A stretch of 64,000 bases of DNA from Klebsormidium nitens (taxonomy: Eukaryota; Plantae; Klebsormidiophyceae): positions 1-64,000 of the forward strand of contig DF237345.1 of assembly GCA_000708835.1 (NCBI GenBank), written 5' to 3'. A model generated the notes under the pieces. The model had not been told where the DNA came from and made no database searches. It saw only the letters and a program-made list of their open reading frames with translations. Made by a program: the position numbers and the translations under genes. Shown here piece after piece: positions 61,301-64,000 of this stretch (its first letter is position 1; each line of letters begins with the position of its first letter).

Positions 61301-62849
61301 GCGGGGGAGTATGAGGATGGGGACTCCAAACGAAGACAAGCATCCAGCAAAAACTTCAAAATTGCATACCGAATGTGTAAAGGTTTTCAAGATCTTGTTA
61401 CATTGAGAACGGCCGACCGGATCCAAGACAGCTCAAGCCCCGCTCTCGATCTCAGTGTCCACTTCTGCAACTGTTGAGTACATTTGATAGCTTACTGACG
61501 GATTGGATTAACTCGAGGCTTCAATCAGAAGGAAAATCTGGGTCAAGTTTTGACTCTCATAAGGTCTCCTGAATCGCTTGAAGTACCAGCAAGATGAAGA
61601 CAACGTCCGTTCTGCATGGTAAGGGCAGACGAAGCACCGCGGCGGGGCAAGCGCTATGCATCTCGCTAGGAGCGAGCCTCGAGATTGTGGGCGCAACAGA
61701 TAGAGGTGGTGACGTTCAGTACTTCTCCTCATCTCCTCAGAGCACTTGTAACATGAGTAATACAAGATGGCTAATACCGCTGGAGTCAGCTACGAGTCAG
61801 CTAGGAGCAACGCCTATCTATAATATTTTAACATCTACGACTCACAGGCAACAGCTTACGCTCAAGAGGTTGGCAGACTAATGTAGTTCCTTTACACTAA
61901 ACCACCAAAGCAGTTGCTTAGATATAGCACTATCATCCTTTCCAGCCCTTTCAAAACTGCGATGTTGTCAGCTCATCTCACCTCACCATGACGTCCTGCT
62001 GAGATCATCACAAGGTGGGGTCAAACTGCGGACTCCAACTTCAGTACAGCCGCCAGCCCTGTACTGCCACCCCAGCTGGCAGTACTGTCATATACAGAGA
62101 GCAGGTCGGATCTAGAGAGAGCTGACAGGACACAAAGACAGCAGCGTGTGTAGCATATTCTAGACATTGGAGCCCATCTTGCAACCAGATTCCCCTTGAA
62201 GGTGTTATCAAGAAAGGCTGGGCCGGGCCCGGACACTCTTCCGGCCGGTCATCTTTGTTTTGATGGGTCTCACTGGCAGGAAGGGAAATTTTCTGAGCTG
62301 AGCGAGGAAGGTGGCGCCAAGGTAGCTCTAAGGAGAAGCCTGGCCACCACGGAGGGATGCAATGCTGACGTGACCTGCAACTGGCAATTGTCGGCATCTG
62401 AAGCTGCTTTAGGAAGCCAACAGAGCTGAGGGGACATGCATGGAAAATCCTGCAGCTACAAGAGCTGACTTGGTGCTGCGACATTTCTCCTTGCTGTTCC
62501 ATGATTGACAGCGTATTTGAGCAGGGGTTGCCACGTTTTAGCAAGTTCGACACACGGGTTATGCAAAGAATTTGGGTTAGTTGAAACTGATTCATCGTAG
62601 GAAAAGAAAACCGGTCATTCTGGGCCACTTCATTAGTGGCGTGACTCGCCCGGGGTATGTCCTGGAGCCCCGCTCGGTAGACGGTTTGTATACCAACTCC
62701 GTCCGCTCAGTCTCCCTCCAGCGCACTCCCCCGCACTTCGTGGCCGCAGCTCAGGTTCAGAAGTCAAGCAGTTGAACTGGTGGTAGATCCTCATATTCTA
62801 GGGTTCAAGGGGACCACAAGAGGCAGCTGTGGCGCAGGATCTCTCGAGC

Positions 62850-64000
62850 ATGGCGCCACAGAAGGACTACTTGGTTGAGGTGGTCTTCACCCTCCCAGGA
62901 GAAGCCCAGCTCATCCGCATCTCCGGGAAGGACCGCACCCCCATCGCCTCCGGCCTCTTCAGCATCGTCCGCTTCGTCCCCTTCCCTGCACCCCCGAACG
63001 GCGCCGCCCTCTACTGCGCAGAAGTGCACACAACCAGGGTTTACTTCTCGCAGACCCCGGGATCTTGTGTGCACACCTCTCCCAGACACTATGCTTTCGC
63101 TGACAACGAAAACTGGTTAGGGCTGAGCCTGCCGGAGGGAATTGGTGTCAAGGAGATTAAGCATTTAGAAGAGTTGCTGGCTGAGCATGCAGGCTTGGAA
63201 AATGTAGGCGCTGGGAGGCCGCCGGGGTCGCCATCGGGGGGCGTTCGCACTGGGGAGGTGGGGGAGGGGCAGGTGGTGCGAATAGGCCCCACCGGGCAGC
63301 TGAGCTTTGAGACGTTGTCGGCTGCTGCAAGCCCCTACGTGAAAGAGCTTCAGAAGCAGGTGAGTAAACCAGGATCTGCTTTAGAACTTTGCATGCACTG
63401 GCATGTTTCAAACAAACCACTTTGATAGCTAAGTGTTTGAAACTGCCCTCCACTCAACAACAATTCACATAAGCCTGTCCCAGATTTAGGGAGTCGATGC
63501 AAGGGTGGCCGGGAACTTCAAAGGTTCTGGGGCCTGTCTAGAAAGCCCTCCACTGCCTTACCACCGCTGCTCACATTCTGCGCTGCAATCAATCTAGGCC
63601 CCTTGTCCTGGTCTGTCTTCATTGCCCTGATCAGAGTTGGTTATCAAGTCTGCGAGTTGCATGCGGGAACCTGGCAACCTTCCGTCATGTTTCAAAGCTC
63701 GCTGTCATTGCAGCGCCGGAAGCGGAGACAAATATATTTTAGTGACTTTTGGATTTTTTTTGTGCGCCCAAGGCAACGCTACTCCAGAAAGACATTCCGC
63801 TTCCTGCTGAAGTCTTACCACCTTATGCCAGTCACACCTACTGTTAGAGAGTAGCCACTGCTTAGAAGTTCTAATCTTGCAGATCTTGAGCCTGTTTTGC
63901 CCTCTGCCCATAGGCTATCGTCCTGGCAGCTGTCGCTGGCCCTCACGTTGAGCGAGCGGCCCCACACGTTGCCCAGGGGATTGAGAAAGGGTCCGATGTG
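62850..64000 (+). CDS. ERD7: ERD7/senescence-associated (spartin-domain) protein, 5' part; runs off the window; start tentative
   Basis: EVVFTLPGEAQLIRI...PIASGLFSIVR...RHYAF...WLGLSLPEG...KHLEELLAEHA resembles the plant ERD7 N-terminal region (recalled from family knowledge). Donor after 63359; probable next exon from 63930 (LSLALTLSERPPHVAQGIEKGSDV). Confidence 0.65.

Overview
Eukaryotic, intron-rich genomic DNA with GC-rich exons and GT-AG introns. Plant-type presenilin, OSCA and ERD7 together with a cilium-associated MYCBP suggest a streptophyte alga such as Klebsormidium (inference). From left to right the window holds: the right end of a decayed tyrosine-recombinase (DIRS/PAT/kangaroo-like) retrotransposon (RT, RNase H, adenine-MTase-like domain, antisense YR, split direct repeats); MYCBP; a secreted 6-Cys knottin-like + Pro/Thr linker + dirigent/AOC-barrel gene (copy A); CSC1/OSCA; NUFIP1 with about 1,600 aa of Q/G-rich N-terminus; presenilin; an SLC35F5-like transporter; a YwrD-like gamma-glutamyltranspeptidase; an inverted paralogue of the dirigent-like gene (copy B) with an intronic MITE; and the start of an ERD7/spartin-like gene. 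Three observations stand out. (1) Splice junctions are repeatedly duplicated in tandem into neighbouring introns of at least four genes, most strikingly about 8 'ghost' copies of one OSCA acceptor plus exon start. (2) A GGT intron contains phase-compatible cassette exons encoding a CxxC-x16-CxxC zinc ribbon and a Pro-rich linker. (3) The knottin-linker-dirigent paralogue pair shares an almost identical Cys-rich exon. All exon structures were assembled by hand from splice signals, and no database searches were run.
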